A stretch of DNA of 64,000 nt from Dehalococcoidia bacterium (GTDB lineage Bacteria > Chloroflexota > Dehalococcoidia > UBA2979). Position numbers and translations under genes: made by a program. Each line of letters begins with the position of its first letter. Positions within the stretch are counted from its first letter, which is position 1. Positions 1 to 10,465 of the stretch are shown here, piece by piece. The stretch is taken from positions 2,973,568-3,037,567 of the forward strand of contig OZ250164.1 of NCBI GenBank assembly GCA_965237865.1, read 5' to 3'. A model generated the notes under the pieces. It saw only the letters and a program-made list of their open reading frames with translations. It did no database searches and was not told where the DNA came from.

Positions 1-251
1 TCAACCCTGCCGAAGGTCTCCACGGTTTGCTGCACTATGCGGTCAATGTCGGCCAGGTCTCCCACGTCAGCCTGGAGAGCCAGGCTTCTTCGTCCCAGCT
101 CCCTCACGGCCAAGCTGGTCTGCTCGGCCGTGGTCCCGTCTATGTCCGTGGCGACTACGTGAGCGCCTTCCCTGGCAAAGTGCAGGGAGATGGCCCTGCC
201 CATCCCGCGACCGGCCCCGGTAACTATGGCAACCCTGTCCTCTAGCTGCAT
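1..251 (-). CDS. Short-chain dehydrogenase/reductase (SDR), N-terminal part, runs off the window edge
   Basis: Not in the ORF track. Minus strand from ATG at 251 reads MQLEDRVAIVTGAGRGMGRAISLHFAREGAHVVATDID..., with the TGxxxGxG Rossmann motif; AGGAGG RBS at 263-258. Confidence 0.9.
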   Translation of the reverse strand, partial: MQLEDRVAIVTGAGRGMGRAISLHFAREGAHVVATDIDGTTAEQTSLAVRELGRRSLALQADVGDLADIDRIVQQTVETFGRV

Positions 252-281
252 GGGCGCCCTCCTGCACAACAGTCCGGGATC

Positions 282-1115
282 TCAGGCATCGGGCGCGGTC
301 CAGCGCGGATAGGAGCCGAGCACGCGCAGCCACATCGTCTGCTCCTCGATGCTGGCGAGGGCGTCCCGCACGAGGTCGTCGAGGCGGTGGCCCTGCAGGT
401 CCAGCAGGAAGACGTAGGTGCCGAGCGCCAGCCGCGTCGGGCGCGACTCGATGTGGGTGAGGTTGATGCCGCGCGCCGCGAACTCCTGCATCACGCCGAC
501 GAGCGTGCCGGGCCGGTCGTGGGGGGTGGTGAAGGCGATCGAGGTCTTGTCGTCGCCGCTCGGCGGGTGGTCCTCGTGCGCGAGGACGGCGAAGCGCGTC
601 TCGTTGCCCGGGGCGTCGGCGATGTCCTCGGCGTAGATGGTCGCGCCGTAGATCGCCGCGGCGAGTTCGTTGCCGACGGCGAGCGCGCCGGGCTCGGCTA
701 CGGCGGACTCGATGGCGCCCGCCGTCGAAAGCGCCGCGACGGGCTCGGCCTTCGGGGCCAGCTCGGCGAGCCGCCTGCGGCACTGCGCGAGCGCCTGCGG
801 GTGCGAGTAGACGACGGGCGCCTCCGCCAGGTCGACGCCGGCGGCGGCAACGAGGGCGTGACGGATGCCGATCACGATCTCGCCGCGCATCTTCAGCGTC
901 GTCTCCTCGCGCAGCATCAGGTCGACGGTCTCGTGCACGCTGCCCTGGATCGAGTTCTCGAGGGCGCAGACGGCGACCTCGGCCTCGCCGCGCTCCACCG
1001 CGGCGGCGGCCGCGGCGACGCTGGGCAGCGGCAGCAGCTCGGCGTCGCGGTCGAAGGCGAGGGCGGCGGCCTCGGTCCAGGTGCCGCGCGGACCGAGGTG
1101 CGCGATGCGGGTCAC
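282..1115 (-). CDS. pheA: Prephenate dehydratase with C-terminal ACT domain
   Basis: HLGPRGTWT, ENSIQGSV, SHPQALAQC, NETRF, NLTHIESRP and LGSYP motifs. Confidence 0.95.
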   Translation of the reverse strand: MTRIAHLGPRGTWTEAAALAFDRDAELLPLPSVAAAAAAVERGEAEVAVCALENSIQGSVHETVDLMLREETTLKMRGEIVIGIRHALVAAAGVDLAEAPVVYSHPQALAQCRRRLAELAPKAEPVAALSTAGAIESAVAEPGALAVGNELAAAIYGATIYAEDIADAPGNETRFAVLAHEDHPPSGDDKTSIAFTTPHDRPGTLVGVMQEFAARGINLTHIESRPTRLALGTYVFLLDLQGHRLDDLVRDALASIEEQTMWLRVLGSYPRWTAPDA

Positions 1116-1807
1116 GGGGCCGGCTCCCGGGCCGCGGCCTGCGGCGGCGGCGCGCTGACAAGCGCGCGCATCTCCGGCTCGGCGCGCTGGTCGATGATCG
1201 CGATGATCTCGTCGCCCGGCTGCAGCACCGTGTCGCCGTCCGGCACGCTGGCGCCCTCGCCGTTGATCACGAGCGAGATCGTGGTGCGATCGGGCAGTTC
1301 GAGGTCGCGCAGCGCGACGCCCGCGGCGGCGGCGGCGGCCTGCACGTGCAGATCGACCACCTCGAGCCCGCTCGCGCGCAGCTTCACCAGCGGGATGAAC
1401 GCCTGCTCCGGCAGGTCCACCTCGATCTGGGCGAGCACGGCGGCGGCGGCGGATACGGTCGCCTCGATACCGAGCATCTGAAAGAGACGCTCGTTGCGGG
1501 GGTTGTTGACGCGGGCGATCGTGCGGCCGATCTGGAAGTGGTGGCGCGCCACCTGGCAGGCGATGAGGTTGTGCGCGTCGTCGCCGGTGACCGCGATCAG
1601 CAGGTCCGCGCGCGCCGCCCCGATGCCTTCGAGGAAGGAGACCTCCGTGCCGTCGCCTTCGACGGCGAGTTCGCCGAGTTCCTCGCGCAGGAGCAGCGCG
1701 CGCTGGCGGTCGCGCTCGACCAGCAGCACCTCGTAGTCGGTGTTGCCGTAGAGCTCGAGGGCGAGGCCGTACCCGACGTTCCCGGCGCCGACGATGATGA
1801 TGTACAC
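1112..1807 (-). CDS. trkA: TrkA/KtrA-family RCK protein (TrkA_N plus TrkA_C)
   Basis: GAGNVG NAD motif, GDGT, AVTGDDAHNL, ARVNNPRN; C-terminal PDGDTVLQPGD. Confidence 0.9.
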   Translation of the reverse strand: MYIIIVGAGNVGYGLALELYGNTDYEVLLVERDRQRALLLREELGELAVEGDGTEVSFLEGIGAARADLLIAVTGDDAHNLIACQVARHHFQIGRTIARVNNPRNERLFQMLGIEATVSAAAAVLAQIEVDLPEQAFIPLVKLRASGLEVVDLHVQAAAAAAGVALRDLELPDRTTISLVINGEGASVPDGDTVLQPGDEIIAIIDQRAEPEMRALVSAPPPQAAAREPAP

Positions 1808-1808
1808 G

Positions 1809-2213
1809 CTAGCGCCCCTCGAGCAGCGCCTCGTATGCGAGGTCGGCGCTGATCCGGGTGGGGCTGAAGGTGCGCAGCCCGAGGCTGGCGAACAGCTCGG
1901 CGCGCAGCGGGTCGTAGACGCGCGTCACCACGGTCTCGACGCGGAAGAGATGCTTCGCCAGTTGCGAGGCGAAGAGGTTGCGGTTGTCGCCCTGCGTGAG
2001 CGCGAGGAAGGCGTCCGCCTCGCGGATGCCGGCGGCGATCAGCACGCGGTCGTCGACGCCGGAGCCGGCGAAGCGCTCTCCGCCGAAGCTCTCGGGCAGG
2101 CGGCGGAACGCCTGCGTGTCGAGGTCCACGATCGTCACGTCGTGGCCCTCGGTGTCGAGGCGCGCGGCGACGGTCGAGCCGACGCGGCCGCAGCCCATGA
2201 TCACGATCTTCAT
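1809..2213 (-). CDS. TrkA_N-only RCK protein
   Basis: MKIVIMGCGRVG, GDNRNL and RVYDP motifs; 134 aa with no TrkA_C domain. Confidence 0.88.
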   Translation of the reverse strand: MKIVIMGCGRVGSTVAARLDTEGHDVTIVDLDTQAFRRLPESFGGERFAGSGVDDRVLIAAGIREADAFLALTQGDNRNLFASQLAKHLFRVETVVTRVYDPLRAELFASLGLRTFSPTRISADLAYEALLEGR

Positions 2214-2288
2214 CTGGTTCGTGCGGCCTCCACGCGTCGTTGCGCCATCGCTCGCCGTCGGCTGTGCGCCGATCTGTGTGGCATAAGC

Positions 2289-2762
2289 CTACGCGAACCC
2301 GCCCGCGTCGGCGGCGTCGGCCGGGGTGTAGCGGAACAGCCAGACCTCGCAAGGCGCGTGCGCGAGCACGTACTGCGGCAGGCGTCCGAGGCGGAAGCGT
2401 CCGTAGGGGCGCTCGTACTCGACGCCGACGACGATCGCGTCGGCGGCGCGTTCGATCGCCTCGTCGACGACGGCGTGGCCGGCCTGGCGCGCCTGGCACA
2501 TCGAGCCCTCGATCTGGACCTTGTGTTCGCGGGCGACCTCCTCGGCCCGCGAGAGGATCGCCTCGCCGCGTTCGAAGTTGCGCTCGAGGTCGGCGTCGAG
2601 CGGGAGCGTGCGCGGCACCTCGATCACGTAGAGGGCGGAGACGCTGGCGTTGTGCATCCGTGCGATGTCGCAGGCCGAGCCCAGCGCCTGGTAGCAGGCG
2701 TTGGAGCCATCGAGGGGTACGAGCAGCCGCTCGACACGGTGGGAGGTTCCGGGGCTGGCCAC
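2289..2762 (-). CDS. Universal stress protein (USP)
   Basis: LLVPLDGS start, ADAIVVG, terminal HAPCEVWL. Confidence 0.9.
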   Translation of the reverse strand: MASPGTSHRVERLLVPLDGSNACYQALGSACDIARMHNASVSALYVIEVPRTLPLDADLERNFERGEAILSRAEEVAREHKVQIEGSMCQARQAGHAVVDEAIERAADAIVVGVEYERPYGRFRLGRLPQYVLAHAPCEVWLFRYTPADAADAGGFA

Positions 2763-2782
2763 GCTGTCTCCCCCGGCTGGGC

Positions 2783-3154
2783 TCAGGCGTTGCGCGCCAG
2801 ACTGTAGCGCGCGCCCGCCACGGAGAGGAACAGCACCCCCGCAAGCGAGGTGATCGAGACCAGCTCGCCGGTGGTCGCGCTGGTGACGAGCGCCGCCGCG
2901 CCGACGCCGGCGGCAAGCGCCGCCACGATCAGGTGCCGCCGCCGTTGCGCGGCGTCCGGCTGCGCGTTGATCGTCGGCTCCTCGTCTTCCTCCGCGGGCA
3001 CGGGCGCGGCAGGAGGCAGGTCTGCGTACGGCGCGATGTCCAGCGGGTCGATTTCGGGCGCCGCATCGGCGGAAGCCGGCGCGCGCGGGATCAGCGGCGC
3101 CGGGGGCCGCAGCGGCGCCGCTGCGGCCGTTCCCGGGTCGGTGACCTCCGCCAC
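2783..3154 (-). CDS. Hypothetical membrane protein (Pro/acidic N-terminus, two C-terminal TM helices)
   Basis: Co-oriented in the operon; hydrophobic hairpin at the C-terminus. Start uncertain. Confidence 0.55.
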   Translation of the reverse strand: MAEVTDPGTAAAAPLRPPAPLIPRAPASADAAPEIDPLDIAPYADLPPAAPVPAEEDEEPTINAQPDAAQRRRHLIVAALAAGVGAAALVTSATTGELVSITSLAGVLFLSVAGARYSLARNA

Positions 3155-3257
3155 TCCCGGGTCGGCGGCCTCAGGCTGTGCGGACGGTGCGTCGGGGTGC
3201 TGTGCCGTAGCGCCCTCCTCGCAACGCGCCGCGAGGGCGATTCGTCGCGGCGTCTGC

Positions 3258-4166
3258 TCATTCTACGTCCGAATCGCGGCGAGCGCCGCGCCAGCGCGGG
3301 GCCCAGCGCCACAGCGCGAGCGCTCCGAGGATCAGGATCGGCAGCAGCCACCACGAGTAGACCACCACCACGACGGCGGCCGTCGCGATCACGTTCAGCG
3401 TCGCCAGCGAGGCGTCCCACGCCTCGCCCGCCGCGTCCAGCGGGCCGCTTCCGCCGTCCCCGTCCCTCGGCCCATCTGGCGCCTGGTAGAGGTCGACCGA
3501 CAGCGTCGAGAGGTCGGCGAGCGATTCGAGCAGGGCGAGGCGGCCCTTGGTGCGCTCGATCTGCCCGCGCGTCTCGGTGAGCCGGTCCTGCACCTGCAGG
3601 ATGTCGCTGATCTGCGTCGCGTTCGTGAGCAGCGTCAGGTACTGCACCTCGACCGAGCGGAGGTTGCGCAGCCCGGCTTCGAGGTCCGTGACCTCGCCGG
3701 TCACGTCCTGCGAGCTGGTGGAGACGTGCAGCACTTCGGCGGCGATCACGCGCAGCGCCTCGATCGTCTGGTCGAAGCGCTCGGCGGGGATGCGCAGGGT
3801 GAGGTGTGCGTAGCGGTAGCCGTCCTCGCCGCCGCGATCGAGCGTCGAGTTGGCGACGAACCCGCCCTGCTCCGCGGCGATCGCGGTCACCCGGGCGAAT
3901 GCCTGCTCGACGGACTGGACCTCGAGGTTGAGCGAGCCGTTGCGGATGATCGTGCGGCCCAGCAGATCGGCGCTGGCCACGTCTCCGCCCGCGCCGCCGC
4001 CCTCGACCCGGAGGGCCTGTGCGGCCGCTGGCGCCGGGGCGGCGCTCTCGATGGAGCGGCCGCCATCGAAGGCGGCGGTCTCGTCATCGGCGTCGCTGTT
4101 CGCGCAGGCGGCGAGCAGCAGCACGAGCGCGGCAGCGGCGGTCAGGGCGGCAGTGATGCGTCGCAT
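3258..4166 (-). CDS. DUF4349-domain lipoprotein
   Basis: Start ATG 4166 after GGAGG; lipobox LLAAC; GRTIIRNGSLNLEV, LTLRIPAERF, QDVTGEVTDLEA, C-terminal TM segment. Confidence 0.85.
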   Translation of the reverse strand: MRRITAALTAAAALVLLLAACANSDADDETAAFDGGRSIESAAPAPAAAQALRVEGGGAGGDVASADLLGRTIIRNGSLNLEVQSVEQAFARVTAIAAEQGGFVANSTLDRGGEDGYRYAHLTLRIPAERFDQTIEALRVIAAEVLHVSTSSQDVTGEVTDLEAGLRNLRSVEVQYLTLLTNATQISDILQVQDRLTETRGQIERTKGRLALLESLADLSTLSVDLYQAPDGPRDGDGGSGPLDAAGEAWDASLATLNVIATAAVVVVVYSWWLLPILILGALALWRWAPRWRGARRDSDVE

Positions 4167-4343
4167 CGGTGTCCTCCAGCGTGCGGGCTGCACGAGTCTG
4201 CCGGCAGCCATGAGGGATAGACGCATGCGGAGGGCGGTCAGTTCCCGCGCCGTCGATCCGCCGGACGGCGTCGGGACCCCGCGACAGGGCGGAGTCCTCG
4301 GCTACAATAGAAGCGCAAGAACGCGATCGCGTACGGGAGCGCC

Positions 4344-5270
4344 ATGGCGACCACCAACGGAAACCGCGTCGACGACCCGAACGAGCAAGGCGACACCGCC
4401 ACCTGGCGCGTGAAGGCCGGGCTCGCGCAGATGCTCAAGGGCGGCGTGATCATGGACGTGGTCACGGCGGACCACGCGCGCATCGCCGAGGAGGCGGGCG
4501 CGGCGGCCGTGATGGCCCTCGAGCGCGTGCCCAGCGACATCCGCGCCGACGGCGGCGTCGCGCGCATGAGCCACGTCGCGCTGATCGAGGAGATCTGCCG
4601 GTCCGTCACGATCCCCGTGATGGCGAAGGCGCGGATCGGCCACTTCGTCGAGGCGCAGATCCTCGAGGCGATCGGCGTCGACTACATCGACGAGTCCGAG
4701 GTGCTGACGCCGGCGGACGAGGCCCACCACATCGACAAGCGCGCCTTCCGCGTACCCTTCGTCTGCGGTTGTCGCGACCTCGGAGAGGCGCTGCGGCGGA
4801 TCAGCGAGGGCGCGGCGATGATCCGCACCAAGGGCGAGGCCGGCACCGGCGACATCGTGGAGGCCGTGCGCCACATGCGCGCCGTCTGGGGCGGCATCCG
4901 CCGCATCGAGGGCCTGCGCGACGACGAGCTGGCCTCGTTCGCCAAGGAGCTCGGCGCGCCCCTTGAGCTGGTGCAGGAGGTCAAGCAGCTCGGCCGCCTG
5001 CCCGTCGTCAACTTCTCGGCGGGCGGAGTCGCCACGCCGGCCGACGCGGCGCTGATGATGCAGCTCGGGGCGGACGGCGTGTTCGTCGGCTCCGGCATCT
5101 TCAAGTCGGGGCAGCCGGCCGAGATGGCGACCGCGATCGTCAAGGCCGTGACCCACTTCGAGGATCCCGCGGTGCTCGCGGCGGTCTCGCGAGAGATTGG
5201 TGAGCCGATGCGCGGGCAGTCCGCGTCCGCGTTGCCGCCGGCGGAGCAGCTGGCGGTTCGCGGCAACTAG
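4344..5270 (+). CDS. pdxS: Pyridoxal 5'-phosphate synthase lyase subunit
   Basis: [44 protein letters not shown]; TACAAT -10 at 4303-4308. Confidence 0.97.
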   Translation: MATTNGNRVDDPNEQGDTATWRVKAGLAQMLKGGVIMDVVTADHARIAEEAGAAAVMALERVPSDIRADGGVARMSHVALIEEICRSVTIPVMAKARIGHFVEAQILEAIGVDYIDESEVLTPADEAHHIDKRAFRVPFVCGCRDLGEALRRISEGAAMIRTKGEAGTGDIVEAVRHMRAVWGGIRRIEGLRDDELASFAKELGAPLELVQEVKQLGRLPVVNFSAGGVATPADAALMMQLGADGVFVGSGIFKSGQPAEMATAIVKAVTHFEDPAVLAAVSREIGEPMRGQSASALPPAEQLAVRGN

Positions 5271-5282
5271 GGCCGCCGCCTC

Positions 5283-5936
5283 GTGGCCGCGCCAGCGAGC
5301 GCCAGGCGTCCCCGGATCGGCGTACTCGCCCTGCAGGGCGACTTCCGCGAGCACGTCGCTACGCTCGCCGCCCTCGGCATCCCCGCCTTCGAGGTGCGCA
5401 CGCTGGAGCAGCTCGCCGCTGCCGACGGGCTGATCATCCCCGGCGGCGAGAGCACGACGATCGCGCGGTTGCTGCTCGCCTTCGGCCTGCGCGATCCGCT
5501 GCGTGAGCGCATCGCCTCCGGGCTGCCGGTCTGGGGCACCTGCGCGGGCGCGATCCTGCTCGCCGAGCGCGCGCCGGGGCTGGACCGCCCCACGCTCGCC
5601 GTGCTCGACATCACCGTGGAGCGCAACGCCTTCGGACGGCAACTCGACTCCTTCGAGGCAGACCTCGAGATCGACGGCCTCGAGGGCGGCCCCTTCCGCG
5701 GCGTCTTCATCCGCGCACCCGCGATCAGCGAGACCGGCCCGGGCGTCGAGGTGCTCGCGCGCCTCGGCGACGGCTCGATCGCGGCTTGCCGCGAGGGCGC
5801 GCTGCTGGCGACGACGTTCCACCCGGAGCTGACGGGCGACGTACGGCTGCATGCGATGTTCGCCGCGATGGTGGAGGAGCGGCTGGACGAGGCCGTCCAC
5901 GAGGGTGTGGTGCGGGCGGAGGAGTTGAGCGCGTGA
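5283..5936 (+). CDS. pdxT: PLP synthase glutaminase subunit
   Basis: GVLALQGDFREH, PGGESTT, GTCAG, RNAFGRQ, FHPEL. Confidence 0.96.
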   Translation: MAAPASARRPRIGVLALQGDFREHVATLAALGIPAFEVRTLEQLAAADGLIIPGGESTTIARLLLAFGLRDPLRERIASGLPVWGTCAGAILLAERAPGLDRPTLAVLDITVERNAFGRQLDSFEADLEIDGLEGGPFRGVFIRAPAISETGPGVEVLARLGDGSIAACREGALLATTFHPELTGDVRLHAMFAAMVEERLDEAVHEGVVRAEELSA

Positions 5937-6868
5937 TCGGGCCTGGCGATCTGATCGCCCTCGTCACGTTCGACGGCGCGGTCTACCCGAACCTCGCGGT
6001 TACGCGCGAGCGGCTGGGCCGCCCGCAGCAGGCGCCGCACGCCCTCGCCGCCGCGCTCACGCACTGGCTGCGGCGGCGCGATCTCTGGCTCGAGGTGCGC
6101 GGCAGGCAGATCCACGGCATCGCGACCGCGCGCTCGCTCGCCGGGCCCGGCGTCTGGCAGATCGACACGCTGATCGACGCGGGCGACGGGGACAGCGCGA
6201 TCCTCCGCGCGCTGCTCGTACAGGCCGAGCAGGAGGCGCTGCGCTCGGCCGTCCGCACGCTGCTGCTGCGCATGCCCGCCGCCCACGGCGAGGCGATCGC
6301 CGAGGTGCGCGCGTGCGGCTTCGAGCCCGTGCTCGCCGAGCGGCTCTGGCGCGCCCCGACGGCGGGGCGGACGGCGGCCTCGGCGCGGGAGTCCTCGCTG
6401 CAGGTGCGTGCGGCCGAGGACGCCGACTGGTTCGGACGCTTCCAGCTCTGCGAGCGCTTGCTGCCACCCGCCGCGCGCCGCGTCATCGCCCCGACGTACG
6501 AGCAGTGGCGCGCGATGCTCGAGGAGCAGTGGCTGGGCCGCCGCGCGCATGACGCCGTCGCGCTCGAGGCCGGGCGCGTCGTCGGCTGCCTGAGCGTCGG
6601 ACGCTGCCAGGGCGGCGCGCAGATCGAGTTGCAGGCCGCGAGCGGCGAGGCCGCCACCGCGCTGCTCCAGAACGCGCGGCCACGGCTGACGCCGGGCGAG
6701 CCGCTGTTCGCGCTTACGCCCGCAGGCTCGACGGCCGTCGAGGGCGCGCTCGCGGCAGCGGGCTTCGAGTTGCAGGACGAGTACGTGCTGCTGAGCTGCC
6801 GGCTCACGCGGCCCGTCGAGGAGGCCGTGCCCGCGACCGTGGGCGTGGCCGCGCCGGCCGGAGGGTAG
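5933..6868 (+). CDS. Hypothetical protein, probable tandem GNAT-like fold
   Basis: GTG overlaps the pdxT stop (GTGA); two acetyltransferase-like repeats ending in CGFEPV and AGFELQDEY. Confidence 0.65.
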   Translation: MIGPGDLIALVTFDGAVYPNLAVTRERLGRPQQAPHALAAALTHWLRRRDLWLEVRGRQIHGIATARSLAGPGVWQIDTLIDAGDGDSAILRALLVQAEQEALRSAVRTLLLRMPAAHGEAIAEVRACGFEPVLAERLWRAPTAGRTAASARESSLQVRAAEDADWFGRFQLCERLLPPAARRVIAPTYEQWRAMLEEQWLGRRAHDAVALEAGRVVGCLSVGRCQGGAQIELQAASGEAATALLQNARPRLTPGEPLFALTPAGSTAVEGALAAAGFELQDEYVLLSCRLTRPVEEAVPATVGVAAPAGG

Positions 6869-6871
6869 CGA

Positions 6872-8497
6872 GTGACGGACGGCTTCGACGATCGGGTCGA
6901 GCGCGAACTGCTGATCGCGGCGCTGCCGCCGCGCGTCGCCGTGGCGCTGAGCGCGCAGGGCGAAGGCCCGCCAGCGGGCGACGGGCTGCTCGAGGTCGTG
7001 CTTGACCTCGGACGGCCGCCGACCGCGCGCTACAGCGACCGCGAGGTGGCGCTGGACGAGGGCGACGTGAGCGAGCAGGACATCGACCACGTCGTCGCCT
7101 CCGTCTCCGAGTTCGGCGACGACAACCGCGCGGGGATTCCGAGGACGCTGCATCGCATCTCGGCGATCCGCAACCGACGCGGCCGCATCGTCGGGCTGAC
7201 CTGCCGCGTGGGCCGCGCGGTCACCGGATCGGCGGGCGCGATTCTGGACCTCGTCGAGTCCGGCCGCAGCGTGCTGCTGCTCGGTGCGCCGGGCGTCGGC
7301 AAGACCACGATGCTGCGCGAGGCGGCGCGGGTGCTGGCGGACGAGCTGGGCCGCCGCGTCGTGATCGTCGACACCTCGAACGAGATCGGCGGCGACGGCG
7401 ACATCCCGCACCGCGGCATCGGCCCCGCGCGGCGGATGCAGGTGCCGAAGCCGGAACTGCAGCACCAGGTGATGATCGAGGCCGTCGAGAACCACATGCC
7501 CGAGGTGATCGTGATCGACGAGATCGGCGCCAGCCTCGAGGCGACGGCGGCGCGCACGATCGCCGAGCGCGGCGTGCAGCTGATCGGCACCGCCCACGGC
7601 AACACGCTCCACAACCTGATGCAGAACCCGACGCTCTCCGACCTGATCGGCGGCATCGAGTCGGTCACCCTCGGCGACGAGGAGGCGCGCCGCCGCGGCA
7701 CGCAGAAGACGGTGCTGGAGCGCCGCGCGCCGCCGACCTTCAACTCGCTGGTCGAGATCCAGTCGTTCGAGCGCGTCGCCGTGCACGAGGACATCGGGGC
7801 GACCGTGGACAGGCTGCTGCGCGGCTTCGACGCCGAGGCCGAGGTGCGCACGCTCGGCGGCGACGGTGAGGTGGCGCAGGTCGAGCACATCGCCGTCGCG
7901 CCGAAGGCGCACGAGTCCACGGCGAGCGAGCGCGGCGAGGCGCGTGCGCCTTCGCGGATGCTGACGCCCGCCCCCGGCGGTCCGATGCGACGGCTGCTGC
8001 CCTTCGGCGTGAGCCGGGCGCGGCTGGACGAGGCGATCGCCTCCACGCGCTCGCAGGCGGAGGTCGTGGACCGCCTGTCGGACGCGGACGCGGTGCTGAC
8101 GCTGCGCCCCTACTACCGCCGTCGCAGCGGCCCGCTGCGCGAGGCGGAGGCGCGAGGCGTGCCCGTGCTGGTGCTGCGCAACAACACCGTGACGCAGATG
8201 GCCGGCGCGCTGCTGCGCATGCGCGGCGACGGCGAGGGCGCGGACCCGACGACGGCGGCGCTGCGCGAGGCCGAGGACGCGATCGCGGCGGTCAGCCACG
8301 GCGGCGAGCAACGCATCGAGCTGGCGCCGCAGAGTTCCTACATCCGCCGCCTCCAGCACGAGCTGGCGGCGCGCCACGGCGCGACCTCGTCCTCGCGCGG
8401 TCGCGAACCCTACCGGCGCGTGCTCGTGACGCCCGGTCCCGGCGCGGGCGCGGCCCCGCCCTGGCCGCGCCGCAGCTCCCCGGCGCTCCCGGACTGA
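6872..8497 (+). CDS. SpoIIIAA/Ycf45-like AAA ATPase with C-terminal R3H domain
   Basis: GAPGVGKTT Walker [23 protein letters not shown]; R3H RRLQHELA. Confidence 0.92.
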   Translation: MTDGFDDRVERELLIAALPPRVAVALSAQGEGPPAGDGLLEVVLDLGRPPTARYSDREVALDEGDVSEQDIDHVVASVSEFGDDNRAGIPRTLHRISAIRNRRGRIVGLTCRVGRAVTGSAGAILDLVESGRSVLLLGAPGVGKTTMLREAARVLADELGRRVVIVDTSNEIGGDGDIPHRGIGPARRMQVPKPELQHQVMIEAVENHMPEVIVIDEIGASLEATAARTIAERGVQLIGTAHGNTLHNLMQNPTLSDLIGGIESVTLGDEEARRRGTQKTVLERRAPPTFNSLVEIQSFERVAVHEDIGATVDRLLRGFDAEAEVRTLGGDGEVAQVEHIAVAPKAHESTASERGEARAPSRMLTPAPGGPMRRLLPFGVSRARLDEAIASTRSQAEVVDRLSDADAVLTLRPYYRRRSGPLREAEARGVPVLVLRNNTVTQMAGALLRMRGDGEGADPTTAALREAEDAIAAVSHGGEQRIELAPQSSYIRRLQHELAARHGATSSSRGREPYRRVLVTPGPGAGAAPPWPRRSSPALPD

Positions 8498-8499
8498 CG

Positions 8500-9132
8500 G
8501 TGAGCGAAGCGCAGCGAGGCCGCTTCGTCACGATCGAGGGCGGCGAGGGCGCGGGCAAGTCGACGCTGCTGGCCGCCCTCGAGGCCCGCGCCCGCGAAGC
8601 CGGCGCCGAGGTCGTGACCTGCCGCGAGCCCGGCGGCACCGCCCTCGGCGAGCGGCTGCGCGAGGCGCTGCTGGGCGCGTCCTCCGCCGGGCCGCCCGAC
8701 CCGCGGGCCGAACTGCTGGTCTTTGCGGCGGCGCGCGCGCAGCTCGTGGCGGAGGTGATCCGCCCGGCGCTTGAACGAGGCGCGCTCGTGCTCTGCGACC
8801 GCTACGCGGACTCGACGGTCGCCTACCAGCACCACGGCCGCGGCATCGAGCGTTCCGTGGTGGACGCGGCGAACGCGGTGGCGACGGGCGGGCTGACGCC
8901 CGATCTGACGCTGCTGCTGGACCTGCCGCCGGCCGAGGGCCTGCGCCGCGCCGGCCGCGCAGGCGACTACATGGAGCGCGAGGCGCTCGGCTTCCACGAG
9001 CGCGTCCGCGACGGCTACCTCGCGGAGGCGAGCGCCGACCCCGAGCGCTGGCTCGTGCTCGACGCGACGGGGCCCGCGCAGACGCTCGCGCAGGTGGCCT
9101 GGGCGCGGATCCGGGGGCTGTCCGGGGCGTGA
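8500..9132 (+). CDS. tmk: Thymidylate kinase
   Basis: FVTIEGGEGAGKST, REPGGT, CDRYADST, PDLTLLLD. Confidence 0.96.
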   Translation: MSEAQRGRFVTIEGGEGAGKSTLLAALEARAREAGAEVVTCREPGGTALGERLREALLGASSAGPPDPRAELLVFAAARAQLVAEVIRPALERGALVLCDRYADSTVAYQHHGRGIERSVVDAANAVATGGLTPDLTLLLDLPPAEGLRRAGRAGDYMEREALGFHERVRDGYLAEASADPERWLVLDATGPAQTLAQVAWARIRGLSGA

Positions 9133-9276
9133 GGAGCGGCGGGCGCGGGCTGGCTCGCGAGGGCGGGAAGCCTGTGTGTGGCCTGTGCAGGCCCTGCGCC
9201 TGCCCGTAGCGCAGTGCTCATGTACGCTACCGCCGCCTTGCAGCGCAAACGGCGCACACGAAGGGGGTTCTCCGGC

Positions 9277-10452
9277 ATGGATGACGTGGTCATCATCAGC
9301 GGTGTCCGCACCGCTATCGGCACGATGAACGGGACGCTCAGCCAGACGCCTGCCTCGGACCTTGCCGCGGCGGTGATCAGGGAGGCCGTAGCCCGCGCAG
9401 GCCTCGAGGGCGAGCAGGTCGACCAGGTGATTCTCGGCTGCGTCGGGCAGGTCGCCGAGGACGGCTACATCTCGCGTGTCGCCACCCTCAAGGCGGGGCT
9501 GCCCGTCGATACGCCCGGGTACACGGTGAACCGCATCTGCGGCTCCGGGCTGGAGGCGATCAACACCGCCGCCCGCTGGCTGGAGACCGGGGACGCCGAG
9601 ATCATCGTCGCCGGCGGCGTCGAGAACATGAGCATGGCGCCCTACCTGCTGCGCAAGGGCCGGACCGGCTACCGCCTCGGCCACGACACGCTCGAGGACA
9701 ACCTGCTGCACCTCCTCACGGACCCGCATGAGCAGTGCCACATGGGCATCACCGCGGAGAACCTCGCCGAACAGTTCGAGGTCTCCCGCGCGGTCCAGGA
9801 CGAGTACGCCTTGCGCTCCCAGGAGCGCGCCTTCGCCGCCATCGAGGCGGGCCGCTTCAAGGACCAGATCCTGCCGCTGGAAGTGCGGCAGGGCCGCAAC
9901 ACGGTCACCTTCGACACGGACGAGCACCCGCGCAAGACGGACTTGGAGGCGCTCGGCAAGCTGCGCCCCGCCTTCAAGGCGGACGGCGCCGTGACCGCCG
10001 GCAACGCCTCCGGCATCAACGACGGAGCGGCGGCCGTGGTGGTCACCACCGCGCGCAAGGCCGCCGAGTTGGGCCTGACGCCGCGGCTGCGCCTGGTCTC
10101 GCGCGCCGAGGCGGGCGTTGAGGGCCGGATCATGGGCTCCGGCCCGATCCCGGCCTCCGAGCGCGCGCTGGCCAGGGCCGGCCTCACCATCGACGACCTC
10201 GACACGATCGAGCTGAACGAGGCCTTCGCCGCCGTCGCGGCGGCGTGCAGCACCTCGCTCGGCCTGCCCGACGAGCGCACGAACCCGAACGGCGGCGCGA
10301 TCGCCCTCGGTCACCCGGTCGGCGCGAGCGGGACGATCCTGACCGTGAAGGCGATGCACGAACTGGAGCGCAGCGGCGGACGCTACGGTCTGGTCACGCT
10401 CTGCATCGGCGGCGGTCAGGGCATCGCCTCGATCTTCGAGCGGCTGAACTAG
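9277..10452 (+). CDS. Acetyl-CoA C-acetyltransferase (thiolase)
   Basis: NRICGSG, GNASGINDGAAA, ELNEAFA, NGGAIALGHPVGASG, LCIGGGQG; start moved to ATG 9277. Confidence 0.95.
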   Translation: MDDVVIISGVRTAIGTMNGTLSQTPASDLAAAVIREAVARAGLEGEQVDQVILGCVGQVAEDGYISRVATLKAGLPVDTPGYTVNRICGSGLEAINTAARWLETGDAEIIVAGGVENMSMAPYLLRKGRTGYRLGHDTLEDNLLHLLTDPHEQCHMGITAENLAEQFEVSRAVQDEYALRSQERAFAAIEAGRFKDQILPLEVRQGRNTVTFDTDEHPRKTDLEALGKLRPAFKADGAVTAGNASGINDGAAAVVVTTARKAAELGLTPRLRLVSRAEAGVEGRIMGSGPIPASERALARAGLTIDDLDTIELNEAFAAVAAACSTSLGLPDERTNPNGGAIALGHPVGASGTILTVKAMHELERSGGRYGLVTLCIGGGQGIASIFERLN

Positions 10453-10465
10453 GGCCAGGGCGGCG

